Part shown: positions 1 to 10,863 of the stretch, in pieces
Layout: each line of letters begins with the position of its first letter
Position numbering within the stretch: position 1 is the stretch's first letter
Assembly: GCA_001029715.1 (NCBI GenBank)
Contig: CP011212.1
Span: 769,066 to 833,065, forward strand
Length of the DNA: 64,000 bases
Source of the DNA: a candidate division TM6 bacterium GW2011_GWF2_28_16
GTDB lineage: Bacteria > Patescibacteriota > Microgenomatia > UBA1400 > PJMF01
Reading direction: 5' to 3'
Made by a program: the position numbers and the translations under genes
The notes under the pieces: model-generated
Told to the model about the DNA's origin: nothing
The model's database searches: none
What the model saw: only the letters and a program-made list of their open reading frames with translations

Positions 1-441
1 GCTGAATTAACGGATAAAAATAGCTTGCGTTTTGCTCTTGGTGTTGGCTCTCCAGAGAACATCGTTCGTCTCTTCTTTATGGGTTATCAATTTTTTGATT
101 GCGTCCTACCAACTAGAGATGCTCGCCATCAAAGACTCTACATTTTTAAAATCAATCCAAAAATTTTAGACCGCAAAACTCTCGAAAAAATGACTGCAGA
201 AAATCGTCTTGATGAAGTCTTTGGACATCTTTATATTGGCAAAGGCCAATTCGACAGTTCAAACGAAGCGATTAGCGATTTTTGCGATTGCCCAACTTGC
301 CAAAAAACCGCTGGAACACCTCAAGTTAGCAAGGCCTATCTCCATCATCTTTTCAAAATCGGCGACGGCAGTGCTTTTCGCTTGGCAAGTTTACATAATT
401 TGCGAACCTATAGTCGATTAATGGAAGTTTTGCGTCACTAA
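1..441 (+). CDS. tgt: Queuine tRNA-ribosyltransferase, C-terminal part (truncated by the window edge)
   Basis: Motifs LGVGSPENI, FDCVLPTRDARH, Zn-binding CDCPTC and SLHNL match the Tgt C-terminus. Confidence 0.9.
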   Translation, partial: AELTDKNSLRFALGVGSPENIVRLFFMGYQFFDCVLPTRDARHQRLYIFKINPKILDRKTLEKMTAENRLDEVFGHLYIGKGQFDSSNEAISDFCDCPTCQKTAGTPQVSKAYLHHLFKIGDGSAFRLASLHNLRTYSRLMEVLRH

Positions 442-666
442 ATATCCTTCATTTGCGATAGCTTTTACAAGTTGCTCTTTACTGACCTTTTTATCATCAT
501 ATTCAATCTCAACTTGTGCTTTTGCATAACTCGTCTTAGAACTAAGCACTCCATCAATTTCTTCCAGTGCAAAATCAATATTCATGGCACAACTAGGACA
601 ATGCATTCCTTTTATATTAAAGATTGCTTCAGCACCCTGTGATTTTTTCTTAGAAAAATTAAACAT
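418..666 (-). CDS. copZ: Heavy-metal-associated (HMA) copper chaperone, CopZ-like
   Basis: GMHCPSC metal-binding motif in an 82-aa protein; last gene of the copper operon. Confidence 0.85.
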   Translation of the reverse strand: MFNFSKKKSQGAEAIFNIKGMHCPSCAMNIDFALEEIDGVLSSKTSYAKAQVEIEYDDKKVSKEQLVKAIANEGYLVTQNFH

Positions 667-667
667 A

Positions 668-1702
668 TTAAATTACCTCCAATATTCCAGTATACATGCC
701 CATTGAGCAAGTAAATGAATATCTGCCCTTTTTAGTCGGAGTAAAGGTCACTGTCTGACTATCATTTGGACCTAGCTGCATACTTATATTAAATGCTTTT
801 AAAATAAAAGAACTGGCACAAGTATAGACATTTTTAGTTTGTAAGGTTAACTGAACCGGAATACCTGCTTTGACTTGTAATCTGTTTGGAGAATATCCAT
901 TACTTTTCACTTGAATAAGAATTTGCTGAACTCCATTTTTTGTCCCTATCTGCGAATTAGATTGCTTAGAAGTGATCGATTGAGTCATCTTGCTAAATGT
1001 TACTGGTGCATTCAACACAGTTAAAACACCATTGACGCTACTTAATCCTAGAAAAATTAATATAGCGGCCGCTATTTTCATAAAACTTTGTTTAAAAGCC
1101 TCAGACAACTTGGCGGTAGCAACTCCAACTATAGCGAATAAGGGTAAAGTACCTAAAACAAAGAAAAACATAATCAATGCACCAATCATGGAACTCCCTG
1201 AAGTTATTGCTAAAACTTCCATCGCCTGAGTAACACCGCAAGGAATAAAAATAGTCATCAAGCCCAATATGACAGGAGTAAATAAAGCTTTGCTTCTGGT
1301 CGAGTTTTTAACCATTCGTTGTACAAACTTTGGTGGTTGGAAAACGACATAACGAAAAATAGGATGCAAATCTAACAGGTTTCCTGCAGTCGCCAACATA
1401 AATAAGGCTGCTATGCTTTGGAAAATAAGACGAACTGTCAAACTTAGTTCTACCTTAGAACCCAGCCAACCGAGGAAAAACCCTAGTAATACATGAGCTA
1501 CTAATTTTGCTAATAAAAATAAGCTCACTGGTAACCAATCTAACTGATCAAAAGATTTTGGCGAATTATTTTTTTTAACATTACTCTTAAGTTCATCTTC
1601 TTTTTGATTAGCAATAATGCTCGCCAATAATCCGCCCTGCATTGCTAAGCACGACAATCCTCCACTGGTTAGTCCTGTTAAAAAAACTGCCCACAAGTTC
1701 AT
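668..1702 (-). CDS. DsbD_2/TauE-like membrane protein with C-terminal cupredoxin domain
   Basis: [11 protein letters not shown] and [10 protein letters not shown] transmembrane motifs; C-terminal [10 protein letters not shown] cupredoxin motif; lies in the cop operon. Confidence 0.85.
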   Translation of the reverse strand: MNLWAVFLTGLTSGGLSCLAMQGGLLASIIANQKEDELKSNVKKNNSPKSFDQLDWLPVSLFLLAKLVAHVLLGFFLGWLGSKVELSLTVRLIFQSIAALFMLATAGNLLDLHPIFRYVVFQPPKFVQRMVKNSTRSKALFTPVILGLMTIFIPCGVTQAMEVLAITSGSSMIGALIMFFFVLGTLPLFAIVGVATAKLSEAFKQSFMKIAAAILIFLGLSSVNGVLTVLNAPVTFSKMTQSITSKQSNSQIGTKNGVQQILIQVKSNGYSPNRLQVKAGIPVQLTLQTKNVYTCASSFILKAFNISMQLGPNDSQTVTFTPTKKGRYSFTCSMGMYTGILEVI

Positions 1703-3939
1703 ATTTTCTCCTGTAATTTAATTCTTTTTAATCGCAGCGCATTTAAAACTACCGATACACTTGAAAAGGCCATTGTTCCACCAGCAATGGCTGGACTAAG
1801 TAAAATTCCAAAAAAAGGATATAAGACTCCGGCTGCCACAGGTATGCCAACAATATTGTAGAAAAACGCCCAAAAGAGATTTTGCTTGATCGTTCTCATA
1901 GTAGCTTTTGATAAAACAAAAGCTTCTGGCAATTTAGAAATTCGCCCTCCAAGTAATGTAATGCCAGCGGACTCTATAGCGACATCTGTACCTGTCCCCA
2001 TGGCAATGCCTACTTCTGCTGTCGCTAAAGCTGGAGCATCATTAATACCATCGCCAACCATTGCTACTTTGTAGCCTTTCATTTGGAACTTTTTAATTTC
2101 ATTAGCCTTATCTACTGGTAAAACTTCAGCGATTACTTGATCAACTCCAACTTGATCAGCAATATATTGAGCAGTTCTTTTATTATCTCCAGTTAGCATG
2201 GCCACCTTAATGCCATGCTTATGCAGTAAATCAACTGCTAACCGCGCATCATCTTTAATAGTATCTGCAATAGCAATATAAGCGAGGATTTCTTTACTAT
2301 CCATCAAAATAATTGGCGTCTTACCTTTGGAAGTAAATGAGTCAATAATTTTATTATCAACTTCTAGAACCAAGTCTTCCACTAATTTGAGATTCCCAGC
2401 AAAATATTTTTTGCCATTTATTGTTCCACTTAAACCCTTACCTTCTATTGCAACAAAATCTTCGATTTTTTCTGGTTCTATTTTTTGTTGTCTAGCTTTT
2501 TCTACTATAGCCAAAGCCAATGGATGCTCTGAATGGTTCTCTAGAGAGAATAATAGTTGTAGTATTTTCGATTGAATCCTATCTCCTAAAGGTAGAATGT
2601 CGGTTACTTCTGGCTTACCTTTAGTAAGGGTGCCTGTTTTATCCATCACTATAAAATCCACTGAATTTAATTTTTCTAAATTCTCAGCATTCTTGATTAG
2701 AATGCCATTTTGAGCTGCCTTGCCAACTCCCACAATCACAGCTATCGGCGTTGCTAAACCCATGGCACAGGGACAAGCAATCACAAGAACACCTACAAAA
2801 TTGATAATTCCTAAAGTTAGCGCTTGAGAGAAAGTCATAAACTGCGAACCGATGATAATCCAAAGCAACAAAACCACTATGGAAAAAATTAAAACAATTG
2901 GTACGAATACGGCCGAAACACGGTCTGCCAATCTCTCAATAGGAGCTTTAGAAGCTTGAGCCTCTTCTACCATTTTAATGATTTGAGATAAAACGGTAGC
3001 ACTCCCAACCTGAGTGGCGCGGATCTGCAACGAACCCTGTTTGTTAATTGTTGCTCCAATAACAACATCGCCAACTTTTTTATCAACAGGTAATGATTCA
3101 CCAGTAAGCATCGATTCATCAAATGAAGAACTACCCTCAATAATTTCACCGTCAACGGCAACTTTTTGACCTGGTTTAATGATCAAAATGTCACCTACTT
3201 TGACTTGTTCAATCGGGATCTCTATTTGCTTGCCATTTTTTAGTACAATGGCACTTTTTGCCTGAAGGCCAAGTAACTTCTCTATCGCTTCGCCAGTTTT
3301 AAGCTTGGAACGGGCTTCTAAATATTTGCCAAGGGTAATAAATCCAATCACTACAATAGTTACATCATAATAAGTATGACTTGTGTTCAGATAAGGAGCG
3401 AGCGAAGTAGCAAAAATTGAAACAATAAAACTGTAAACAAATGCCACCGTTGTTCCAATACCTACCAAAGTATCCATGTTGGCAACGCGGTATTTAATAA
3501 ATCGCCAAACACCCTGCAAGTATGGCTCGCCAATGACAAAAAGCGTGTAGGTAGCAAAAAGTGGAAATAAGCGATTAAATAATTCAAGATTCCAGAACAT
3601 CGCCAAAATACTAAATAACATAAATGGAAGAACTATCTGAAAATGTTTTTTAAGCCTAGATAATTCTTTGAGTTTTCTATCATTGGAAGTTTCACCTGAT
3701 AAAATTGGAGTCATCTCATGACTTATGAGCGAATAGCCCAGCTTATCTATTTCTTTATTCATAGCTCCAATAGAAGTTCTATGAGGATCAAAAGTAACTT
3801 TGGCTTTTTGTGTACCATAGTTAACTGCAAGTTTTTCTACACCATCGAGTTTTCCTAACTTTTTCTGAATAATGCTGGCGCAAGATGCGCAATGCATGCC
3901 TGTTATTTCTAAAAATTTTGTTTGATTAACTTTTGGCAT
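1699..3939 (-). CDS. copA: Copper-translocating P1B-type ATPase (likely start MPKVNQ at 3939)
   Basis: [33 protein letters not shown] and YN..MAFSS motifs. Confidence 0.95.
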   Translation of the reverse strand: MPKVNQTKFLEITGMHCASCASIIQKKLGKLDGVEKLAVNYGTQKAKVTFDPHRTSIGAMNKEIDKLGYSLISHEMTPILSGETSNDRKLKELSRLKKHFQIVLPFMLFSILAMFWNLELFNRLFPLFATYTLFVIGEPYLQGVWRFIKYRVANMDTLVGIGTTVAFVYSFIVSIFATSLAPYLNTSHTYYDVTIVVIGFITLGKYLEARSKLKTGEAIEKLLGLQAKSAIVLKNGKQIEIPIEQVKVGDILIIKPGQKVAVDGEIIEGSSSFDESMLTGESLPVDKKVGDVVIGATINKQGSLQIRATQVGSATVLSQIIKMVEEAQASKAPIERLADRVSAVFVPIVLIFSIVVLLLWIIIGSQFMTFSQALTLGIINFVGVLVIACPCAMGLATPIAVIVGVGKAAQNGILIKNAENLEKLNSVDFIVMDKTGTLTKGKPEVTDILPLGDRIQSKILQLLFSLENHSEHPLALAIVEKARQQKIEPEKIEDFVAIEGKGLSGTINGKKYFAGNLKLVEDLVLEVDNKIIDSFTSKGKTPIILMDSKEILAYIAIADTIKDDARLAVDLLHKHGIKVAMLTGDNKRTAQYIADQVGVDQVIAEVLPVDKANEIKKFQMKGYKVAMVGDGINDAPALATAEVGIAMGTGTDVAIESAGITLLGGRISKLPEAFVLSKATMRTIKQNLFWAFFYNIVGIPVAAGVLYPFFGILLSPAIAGGTMAFSSVSVVLNALRLKRIKLQEKI

Positions 3940-4411
3940 ATTTTTTTGGATTTTCTTGAAACTTCTTGAGACAACCACTAGCACAAAAATAATAATCATG
4001 ATCTTTGTGTTTAGTACTGTAATTGGCCGTTTTAGGTGATAAACGCATCTTGCAAACCGGATCGTGAACAAGAGGAAGTAAATCTTTCATTGCCAAAGTT
4101 AATTCATCAGCTATTTCTAACCCTCGATTTTGATCAATTAACACTTCGCGAAGTAAATCACTTGCTTTAATTATTTTTGGATCAGCCAATTTATATATAA
4201 TCTGCTTGCCTTCTCTTTTAGCAACAACTATGCCAGCATCGCGAAGTAACATTAAATGTTGACTAATATTAGCTTGTGGTAAATCAAGCATTTCATAAAT
4301 ATCAGAAACACAGAGCTCTTGCTCTCTCAACAAATTAACAATTTCAAGTCTTCTAGGATGAGCAAGTGCCTTAAGTAAATCAGCGTGAAGTGCAAACATT
4401 TGTCCATACAT
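3926..4411 (-). CDS. ArsR/SmtB-family repressor fused to a YHS/TRASH metal-binding domain
   Basis: [18 protein letters not shown]; C-terminal [14 protein letters not shown]. Confidence 0.9.
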   Translation of the reverse strand: MYGQMFALHADLLKALAHPRRLEIVNLLREQELCVSDIYEMLDLPQANISQHLMLLRDAGIVVAKREGKQIIYKLADPKIIKASDLLREVLIDQNRGLEIADELTLAMKDLLPLVHDPVCKMRLSPKTANYSTKHKDHDYYFCASGCLKKFQENPKKYAKS

Positions 4412-4433
4412 ATTCTAATATTAGAATATGTAT
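4406..4433. promoter_or_regulatory. Perfect 28-bp palindrome, probable ArsR-YHS operator
   Basis: ATACATATTCTAAT|ATTAGAATATGTAT overlaps the start codon and promoter of the repressor gene. Confidence 0.75.
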
Positions 4434-4504
4434 CAGAAAAAAAGTCAAGCTACAAAACTTTGATTTGTAGCTTTCTTGTAACCTTTCTTAATTACAATGA
4501 GCTT

Positions 4505-5215
4505 GTGACAAAAGAAAAAATAAACATAAATCATGCAATCAAAGATTTAGCTCTGCGCTATCGGCCGAGAGAAAAGGTTAAACGTTTTGGTCTTAAAGCC
4601 CTAAGCAATCAAGAACTTCTTGCCTTAATTATTGGTAGCGGTCAGAAAAATTGCAACGCTTTGGAACTGGCCAAAAAGGTCGAAAGATGTCTTCTAACTG
4701 ACGAAAAGCTTGAAAAAAAGATTAAAACGAAAAAAGATCTCTCCCAAATTTTTGGTATTGGCGAAATCTTGGCCAATAAAATTCTAGCTAGCTTAGAGTT
4801 GGGCCAACGCCTATCTAAAGAACAAAAACAGAAACAAATCAGCAATCCAAAGAAGATTTTTGAATTATCTGCAGAACTCTATGATAAAAAGCAAGAATAT
4901 TGCTTGGCTTTTTCTTTTAATGGCAGACAAGAATTATTAAGTAGAAGGACCATCGCCATTGGTGGACTCAATTATAATTTTCTTGAACCAAGAAATATTT
5001 TTGAACCAGCTTTTAGTCTAGGAGCCAGCAGTTTCATCTTAGTACACAATCACCCTTCTGGAAATTTAGAACCATCCGACGATGATTTACTTTTGACAGA
5101 AAAAGTTGCCAAAATTGCTGATTTGATGGGCGTTAAATTATTGGACCATCTTATTATTGGTAAAAACAACTTTTATTCAATCAGAGAGCATTTTGCTGAA
5201 TTATTAGTTATTTAA
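4505..5215 (+). CDS. radC: RadC (JAB domain) protein; likely GTG start at 4505
   Basis: RPREK..LSNQELLALIIGSG, HhH GIG, and HNHPSGNLEPSDDD..LLDHLII motifs. Confidence 0.92.
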   Translation: MTKEKININHAIKDLALRYRPREKVKRFGLKALSNQELLALIIGSGQKNCNALELAKKVERCLLTDEKLEKKIKTKKDLSQIFGIGEILANKILASLELGQRLSKEQKQKQISNPKKIFELSAELYDKKQEYCLAFSFNGRQELLSRRTIAIGGLNYNFLEPRNIFEPAFSLGASSFILVHNHPSGNLEPSDDDLLLTEKVAKIADLMGVKLLDHLIIGKNNFYSIREHFAELLVI

Positions 5216-5217
5216 AT

Positions 5218-6669
5218 TCAACGTTTAATTAACACAGAGCCAGCCTGATCAATTAATTGATAGCCAACTTTAGCGAATTCTTGGCGAATTTGATCGGCTT
5301 TGGCAAAATCTTTATCGCTGCGAGCAGCTTCTCTTTCAGCAAAAAGCTTCTGTAGCGAATCTGGTAAATCCTCAAGCGATAAAATTTCTTGATTGTTTGA
5401 GGATAAATCTTTTTCGCTCATGGAAATTAAACCCAAACCTAAAACTCGGTCAAACTCAAGCAAAAGAAAATATTTTTGGCGATCGCTTAGATCACTTTTT
5501 AGAACTTGCCATAGAACTGTTACAGCTTCTGGCGTATTGAGGTCATCTTCAACAAAAGCAAAAAATTGCTTGGAAAATTTTTCTGTTTCTCGATTATCTT
5601 CTTGATCGTCTGCGTCATCGCGATGATTTTTTTTGATCGTTAAATAAGCTTGCAAAAGTTTTTCAAAGGCAGTCTGACTCGCTTCTAAGCTATGAAAAGT
5701 GAAGTTTTGTTCACTACGGTAATGGCTACTTAAGAAAAGCAAGCGCAAAGCCGCTGGAGAAAAACCCCTTTTAATAATGTCATCAATGGTATAAAAATTG
5801 CCAAGAGATTTACTCATTTTTTCGCCATCAACTCGTAAAAAATTGTGATGAACCCAAAATCTAGCAAAAGGCTTTTTACCAGTAAAAGTTTCTGATTGAG
5901 CAATTTCATTGGCGTGATGGACAGCAATATGGTCAATTCCGCCGGTATGAATATCTATTTGTGGACCAAGATGCTCAATGCTCATGGCACTACATTCGAC
6001 GTGCCAACCCGGAAAACTGCGAGCTGACCAAGGACTTGGCCAGATCATTTGGCGATTTTCGCCTGGTTTTTCAAATTTCCAAAGAGCAAAATCTGTGGGA
6101 TTTTTCTTGCCAGCTACCTCCCCCATTCTACTTTCGTGAGGAGTATTGCGTGGATCATAACCGCTTAATTCGCCATACTTCTCTAGCTTAGAAGTATCAA
6201 AATAAACGCCATCCCCTTCAATAATGTAGGTAAAACCCTTCTTTTCTAAATCCAAAACCATTTCCAGCTGACTCTGGATGTGTTCTGTAGCGCGACAACT
6301 TAGAGTTGGTCGTAAAATCCCCATCTTATCCATACTGTAGAAAAAATAATCTTCAAATTTTCTGGCAATTTCTCTTGCAGATTGACCGTATTTACGAGCT
6401 CCCTTCTCCATCTTATCTTCGCCCTCATCATCATCAGAAACCAAATGTCCAACATCAGTAATATTTTGTACATGTCTTACATCATAATTGAGATGACGTA
6501 ACACTCTTACTAAAACATCATCCATAACGTATTTGCGCAAATGACCGATGTGAGAATAATCATAAACAGTCGGACCACAAGCATACATATTGACTTGCTT
6601 TGGATCATCTTGCGAAATCGAATCAAATTCTTCGACTTTTTTGGAAAGAGTGTTATAAAGTTTCATCAC
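5218..6669 (-). CDS. cysS: Cysteine--tRNA ligase
   Basis: CGPTVY..HIGH, PGWHVEC, DIHTGG and KMSKS motifs. Confidence 0.97.
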   Translation of the reverse strand: MMKLYNTLSKKVEEFDSISQDDPKQVNMYACGPTVYDYSHIGHLRKYVMDDVLVRVLRHLNYDVRHVQNITDVGHLVSDDDEGEDKMEKGARKYGQSAREIARKFEDYFFYSMDKMGILRPTLSCRATEHIQSQLEMVLDLEKKGFTYIIEGDGVYFDTSKLEKYGELSGYDPRNTPHESRMGEVAGKKNPTDFALWKFEKPGENRQMIWPSPWSARSFPGWHVECSAMSIEHLGPQIDIHTGGIDHIAVHHANEIAQSETFTGKKPFARFWVHHNFLRVDGEKMSKSLGNFYTIDDIIKRGFSPAALRLLFLSSHYRSEQNFTFHSLEASQTAFEKLLQAYLTIKKNHRDDADDQEDNRETEKFSKQFFAFVEDDLNTPEAVTVLWQVLKSDLSDRQKYFLLLEFDRVLGLGLISMSEKDLSSNNQEILSLEDLPDSLQKLFAEREAARSDKDFAKADQIRQEFAKVGYQLIDQAGSVLIKR

Positions 6670-6703
6670 TATGGTCTATTGTAGCTTGAGTGCTAGGGTT
6701 TGA

Positions 6704-7372
6704 CTAGCCATCGCCCTGAGTCATTTGCGTTCTTCTATTTTGCAGTAATTGAGAGGTTTGTTGTTTCTTACTGCCACTTAAGCCAACTGGACCTTTTTTA
6801 GGGCTACTAGGAGGAGCAATGCTCTGTTCTTCAGCTTCCTTTTCTTCCTTTTCTTTCTTTTCCTGTTCTTCCTGCTGCTCTTTTTGTTTTTTCTGCTGTT
6901 CTTCTTGATATTTCTGTTGTACAAAAGACTGTTCTTCTTGAGTTAACTTTTGCCAATTTTGAGCAACTTTTTGTTTTTTTTGTTTTTTTTCTGGCGAATC
7001 TCCAGGATTAATACCAAGAAGTGCATTGAGATCAAAAAAGGATTTAGCAGTGTCTAAGATATCTTTGACTGGACGCTTAATTAATTCTTCACCTAAATTA
7101 GTCACCTCTCTGGGTGGTGTTTGCTGCTTGGCAACTTCATTAGAGGCCAAAGGTGTTTGTCCAGCACCTGCGGCAGCGGCTTGCTGTTTGGCCACACCCT
7201 GCTGACCCAAAACAGATGATTGTTGAGCAGCTTGTTTTTGAGCGGCGGCGGCAGCCGCCGCACCAGAATCTTCATGCTCATCGCTCATGCCATCACCAAA
7301 ACTTTGACGAAAACCTCCTCCTGGACGCATTTGTGGTTTTGCTCCTGCTCCTGGTGCTCCCAATCCTGGCAT
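6704..7372 (-). CDS. Hypothetical low-complexity protein (Q/A/E/K-rich, coiled coil)
   Basis: 222-aa ORF co-oriented with its neighbours; no recognised domain. Confidence 0.7.
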   Translation of the reverse strand: MPGLGAPGAGAKPQMRPGGGFRQSFGDGMSDEHEDSGAAAAAAAQKQAAQQSSVLGQQGVAKQQAAAAGAGQTPLASNEVAKQQTPPREVTNLGEELIKRPVKDILDTAKSFFDLNALLGINPGDSPEKKQKKQKVAQNWQKLTQEEQSFVQQKYQEEQQKKQKEQQEEQEKKEKEEKEAEEQSIAPPSSPKKGPVGLSGSKKQQTSQLLQNRRTQMTQGDG

Positions 7373-7409
7373 AAAATTATTTCCCGTTATTTCAAAATTA
7401 TTAAATAAA

Positions 7410-7787
7410 TTATGAATCTAAATGTTTTAATTGAAAAATACGCCTGCTTCTTTCTTCTAATCTTTTAGCCTCTGAATCAGCGTCGTTAGCTTCTTTTTGA
7501 CTAAGTCTAGCTTGATATTGAGGAGTATCTTTTAGCTCTGTCTGCATTTTGGCTAATTGTTCTTCTATTTTAATTTGATCTTCGGCAGCTTTGGCTTTTT
7601 GTAATTCGGCAATTTCTTCTGCACTGGGACCCTTTTCCTCTTCTACAACTGCAATTGGAGGAACTTCTCCAGCTACTCCTGATGTTTGATCATTAGAAGG
7701 AACAACAGAACCATCGCTTCCAGCTTGGTTTTTTTGATCACTAAGTAATTGCTGTAATGCGGCCAATGGATCTTGATTGTCTGCCAT
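7410..7787 (-). CDS. Hypothetical coiled-coil protein
   Basis: 125-aa ORF with a -10-like element just upstream of the ATG. Confidence 0.7.
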   Translation of the reverse strand: MADNQDPLAALQQLLSDQKNQAGSDGSVVPSNDQTSGVAGEVPPIAVVEEEKGPSAEEIAELQKAKAAEDQIKIEEQLAKMQTELKDTPQYQARLSQKEANDADSEAKRLEERSRRIFQLKHLDS

Positions 7788-7846
7788 AGCACTATGTTAG
7801 CAGAAAAAAGTGAATAAGAACAAGACCTTGCGCTTGAGCAATAAAA

Positions 7847-8212
7847 TTAAACCAAACTCAGTGGCTGATTCTTGCTCAAACGACGATAATCTGTCTTTTT
7901 TTCCTTGGTTTTGCGCATTTTCCGCAACGCAGCGCTAGTTGCATCAACGATGGCATCGTAAAAATCATAACCATCTATTTCAACCCATAAATCCTTACCT
8001 GGCACCTCAATTTTATATTTAACACAAACTTTTTTAGAATCAGTTGGTTTTTTGGTTCCTTGTTCTAAATAAACAGTCACTTTGCTGACCTTCAAATCTT
8101 TCAGCTTATTCAGCTTGCGGCTTTGTCTTTGGATAAACTCGCGTAAAGCTCTTGTTAATTTGAGACTTTTGGCTTGAACAATAATGTCCATCGCTATCCT
8201 TTCAACCTTCAT
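7847..8212 (-). CDS. hpf: Ribosome hibernation factor HPF/RaiA (likely start MDII at 8191)
   Basis: LKLTRALREFI...VPGKDL...DFYDAIVDA pattern of the S30AE family. Confidence 0.85.
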   Translation of the reverse strand: MKVERIAMDIIVQAKSLKLTRALREFIQRQSRKLNKLKDLKVSKVTVYLEQGTKKPTDSKKVCVKYKIEVPGKDLWVEIDGYDFYDAIVDATSAALRKMRKTKEKKTDYRRLSKNQPLSLV

Positions 8213-8350
8213 GTTTCAATAAAGGTCATAATTTTTACAAAAAAAACGACCCCTAAATTAGTGTGACTAATCTTGTGATCGTTAATTTCATCTACATTTC
8301 AGAATAACAAAAAGTGACCAAAAAGTCAAAAAGAAGTACAATTATTAATC

Positions 8351-8551
8351 ATGGAAGAAAAAATAATAATTCCGGTTGATACATCTATTAATGATGGCGA
8401 TCATGAAGATGGAGATAGCTTCATTCTTACAGAAGAGCTTGAGGCCAAAGTAATTGGAGTGTTAGAAGGATCTGGTTCTCTTAGGGTCATTATTCCAAAA
8501 ATTGACCCAGATAGAGTTTTCTTTATTCATCAAGCTCCAAAACAAAATTAG
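8351..8551 (+). CDS. Small hypothetical protein
   Basis: 66-aa ORF filling the gap; TACAAT lies 7 nt upstream of the ATG. Confidence 0.55.
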   Translation: MEEKIIIPVDTSINDGDHEDGDSFILTEELEAKVIGVLEGSGSLRVIIPKIDPDRVFFIHQAPKQN

Positions 8552-8557
8552 AAATTA

Positions 8558-9169
8558 TTAGATCTTCCTTCTTCCCTCAAGTGCTCTCGCTAAAGTTACG
8601 CCATCTGCATATTCAATATCTGCTCCAATTGGCAAGCCGTGACCAATGCGAGTGACATTGATGTTATCTTTATTTTTTAAGTTCGAAGTAGCAATCATTT
8701 CTCTGATATAGAGAGCAGTGGCTTCACCTTCCATGGTTGGATTTGTTGCTAAAATTAATTCTTCTACTCCGTCTAAACGTTTTAATAAATCTCTTAAATA
8801 CAATTGGTCTGGTCCAATATTATTAAGTGGAGCGATAGAGCCATGTAAAACATGATAAAGACCGTGAAATTTATCTGATTTTTCAAGTGCCAATAAGTCC
8901 AAAGGTTGCTCCACTACACATAGGATTTTTTCATCACGACTCTGGTCTGCACAAATGGAGCAAGGATCACTTTCAGCAATGTTATGGCAAGCCGAACACA
9001 TAACAGTTTCTCTTTTTAGAGCCAAAAGCTTATCCGCAAAATCTTCCAATTCTGTGACTGGATTGTGCAAAAGATAAAAAACCAAACGCTGTGCTGATCT
9101 TGGACCAACTCCTGGCAAACGTTCAAATTTTTCTACTAGTTGGCGAACCGCTTTTGGTAATCTTTGCAT
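8558..9169 (-). CDS. recR: Recombination mediator RecR
   Basis: LPGVGPRSAQR, C4 zinc finger, ATNPTMEGEATA and GLPIGADIEYAD motifs. Confidence 0.97.
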   Translation of the reverse strand: MQRLPKAVRQLVEKFERLPGVGPRSAQRLVFYLLHNPVTELEDFADKLLALKRETVMCSACHNIAESDPCSICADQSRDEKILCVVEQPLDLLALEKSDKFHGLYHVLHGSIAPLNNIGPDQLYLRDLLKRLDGVEELILATNPTMEGEATALYIREMIATSNLKNKDNINVTRIGHGLPIGADIEYADGVTLARALEGRRKI

Positions 9170-9170
9170 C

Positions 9171-9878
9171 TTATTCTTCTATGTAATCAACAGAGATATC
9201 TTCCATTTGATCTTGCCAATCTTTGGTTTTGACTTTTTCTAAAAATATTTTAGTTGAATTCCAAATTTTTTCTTCGACTTCTTGAGCACTGACATTGCCA
9301 TCTATAACTTGCCAACGAGAATTAGAGCCGTTAACTTGCAAGTCCTTTTTGGCAACTTGCAAATAAGCTTGTCTGATTTTTTCATGAAACTCTTTGGCTT
9401 CATAGTCTATGCGATTGGCTCCTTCTTCATTCATGCGTCTTGCTAAACCTACTTCTGTAGGAGCATCAAGTAAAAAAGTAATGTTTGGATAGGTTTTTTT
9501 CGTTGAAATATCATTGAGCTGCTCAATAATATCCACTCCAAAGCCCCTCACCATTCCTTGATAAACTACGCTACTATCTCTGGAACGATCCATAACGACT
9601 ACTTTGCCGAGCTCTAGCGATGGTAGAACAATTTCACGATAAATTTGGGCTCTAGCTGCCTGAAAAAGCAAAACTTCTGTGGTATAAGCCATGCCAACAT
9701 TTTTATTAGATAAGACTACTTCACGAATTTGCTCACTAATAGCCGTGCCACCTGGCTCACGTAGAACCACCACATCTCTACCAGCTTGAATCAGGTGCTC
9801 TTTGAGTCTTACTACCTGAGTAGTTTTACCTACTCCTTCCCCACCTTCAAAAGTAATTAGCAAGCCTTTTCTTTTCAT
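9171..9878 (-). CDS. tmk: Thymidylate kinase
   Basis: FEGGEGVGKTTQ, REPGGT and DR..SSVVYQG motifs. Confidence 0.96.
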   Translation of the reverse strand: MKRKGLLITFEGGEGVGKTTQVVRLKEHLIQAGRDVVVLREPGGTAISEQIREVVLSNKNVGMAYTTEVLLFQAARAQIYREIVLPSLELGKVVVMDRSRDSSVVYQGMVRGFGVDIIEQLNDISTKKTYPNITFLLDAPTEVGLARRMNEEGANRIDYEAKEFHEKIRQAYLQVAKKDLQVNGSNSRWQVIDGNVSAQEVEEKIWNSTKIFLEKVKTKDWQDQMEDISVDYIEE

Positions 9879-9909
9879 TTCAAATCCCTTGTCTTAATTT
9901 CTAAATATT

Positions 9910-10860
9910 TTAATTCCAAAGAATAGTGTCCTTAGCCAGACTAGCATTCGGCGAGTAGTATTGTAAAGGTGAGAACTCTTCTTCTTTTTGAGGAGAAACT
10001 GTCTGAATACCAGCCACAATCATTTTGCTAACCAAGATTCTATCGTTTTCTTTTGCTTTGCTGTCATTTAAGCTTTGATAAACTTCTAAACTAATCGATC
10101 CAATAAAAGCACTAAATTTTTCATCAAATTCAGAAATCGCCACTTCGCTATGTCGCCAATCTAAAATTCCATCAGCGAAATAGTCTGTAATCCATGATCT
10201 AAGTGGGAACTCTATATGAGTTTGCTCAAATAACTTTTTTCTTATTAAACGCAGATAATCCATGACGTGCTTAACTTTTAAAATATAATCGGCAATATTC
10301 ATGCCTTCCTCTTCTTGGAAAAATCTCGCTTCTCTATTTTGATAAATCTTATGATTTACCAAGTTCGCTAGAAATTCTCCCTGCAAATCCACATTTACAT
10401 ACTTAAGCAAAGATAATAATTCGACAAAAATCGCCTCAAAGTTGCGGTTAGCATTGCCTTCTGCAATATTAAGTGTTTTTTCTTTGAGAGAATCAAAGTT
10501 CCCGCTAAATTGGCCATTAACTGACGCGCTGATTTCCTCTATTGAGAAATTACTAGCTATTCTATTCATTATAATTTTAAGCATTACCATAAAGTCTGCA
10601 AATTCTAATAACCAATTTTTATTTGGCAAAAGCTTTTCTTGAGACTTATCGCTGGCCTCTAATAAAAGTTGAGTTTCTTCTTCAATTTCTGGTATTTCAG
10701 CATAAGTCGCTAGAATTAAGGAATACAAATCAGAAAACTTTTCAGAAATTAACTTAACGGGATGAGTTTCAATTTTGTAACCAACTCCAACACCACCTAT
10801 TTCTGTATTGTCACTACCAAGAAGATTAGCCATCTCTTTTTGATTATTATGAGGAATCAC
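9910..10860 (-). CDS. Hypothetical protein, possible all-alpha NTP pyrophosphatase (MazG-like)
   Basis: EEETQLLLEA...LEFADF and K..N..R patterns; located between dut and tmk. Confidence 0.5.
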   Translation of the reverse strand: MIPHNNQKEMANLLGSDNTEIGGVGVGYKIETHPVKLISEKFSDLYSLILATYAEIPEIEEETQLLLEASDKSQEKLLPNKNWLLEFADFMVMLKIIMNRIASNFSIEEISASVNGQFSGNFDSLKEKTLNIAEGNANRNFEAIFVELLSLLKYVNVDLQGEFLANLVNHKIYQNREARFFQEEEGMNIADYILKVKHVMDYLRLIRKKLFEQTHIEFPLRSWITDYFADGILDWRHSEVAISEFDEKFSAFIGSISLEVYQSLNDSKAKENDRILVSKMIVAGIQTVSPQKEEEFSPLQYYSPNASLAKDTILWN

Positions 10861-10863
10861 TTT

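Noticed and set aside
3940-4071. N-terminal extension of CopA in the ORF track
   Set aside because: It overlaps the ArsR-YHS gene; the HMA domain begins after Met at 3939.
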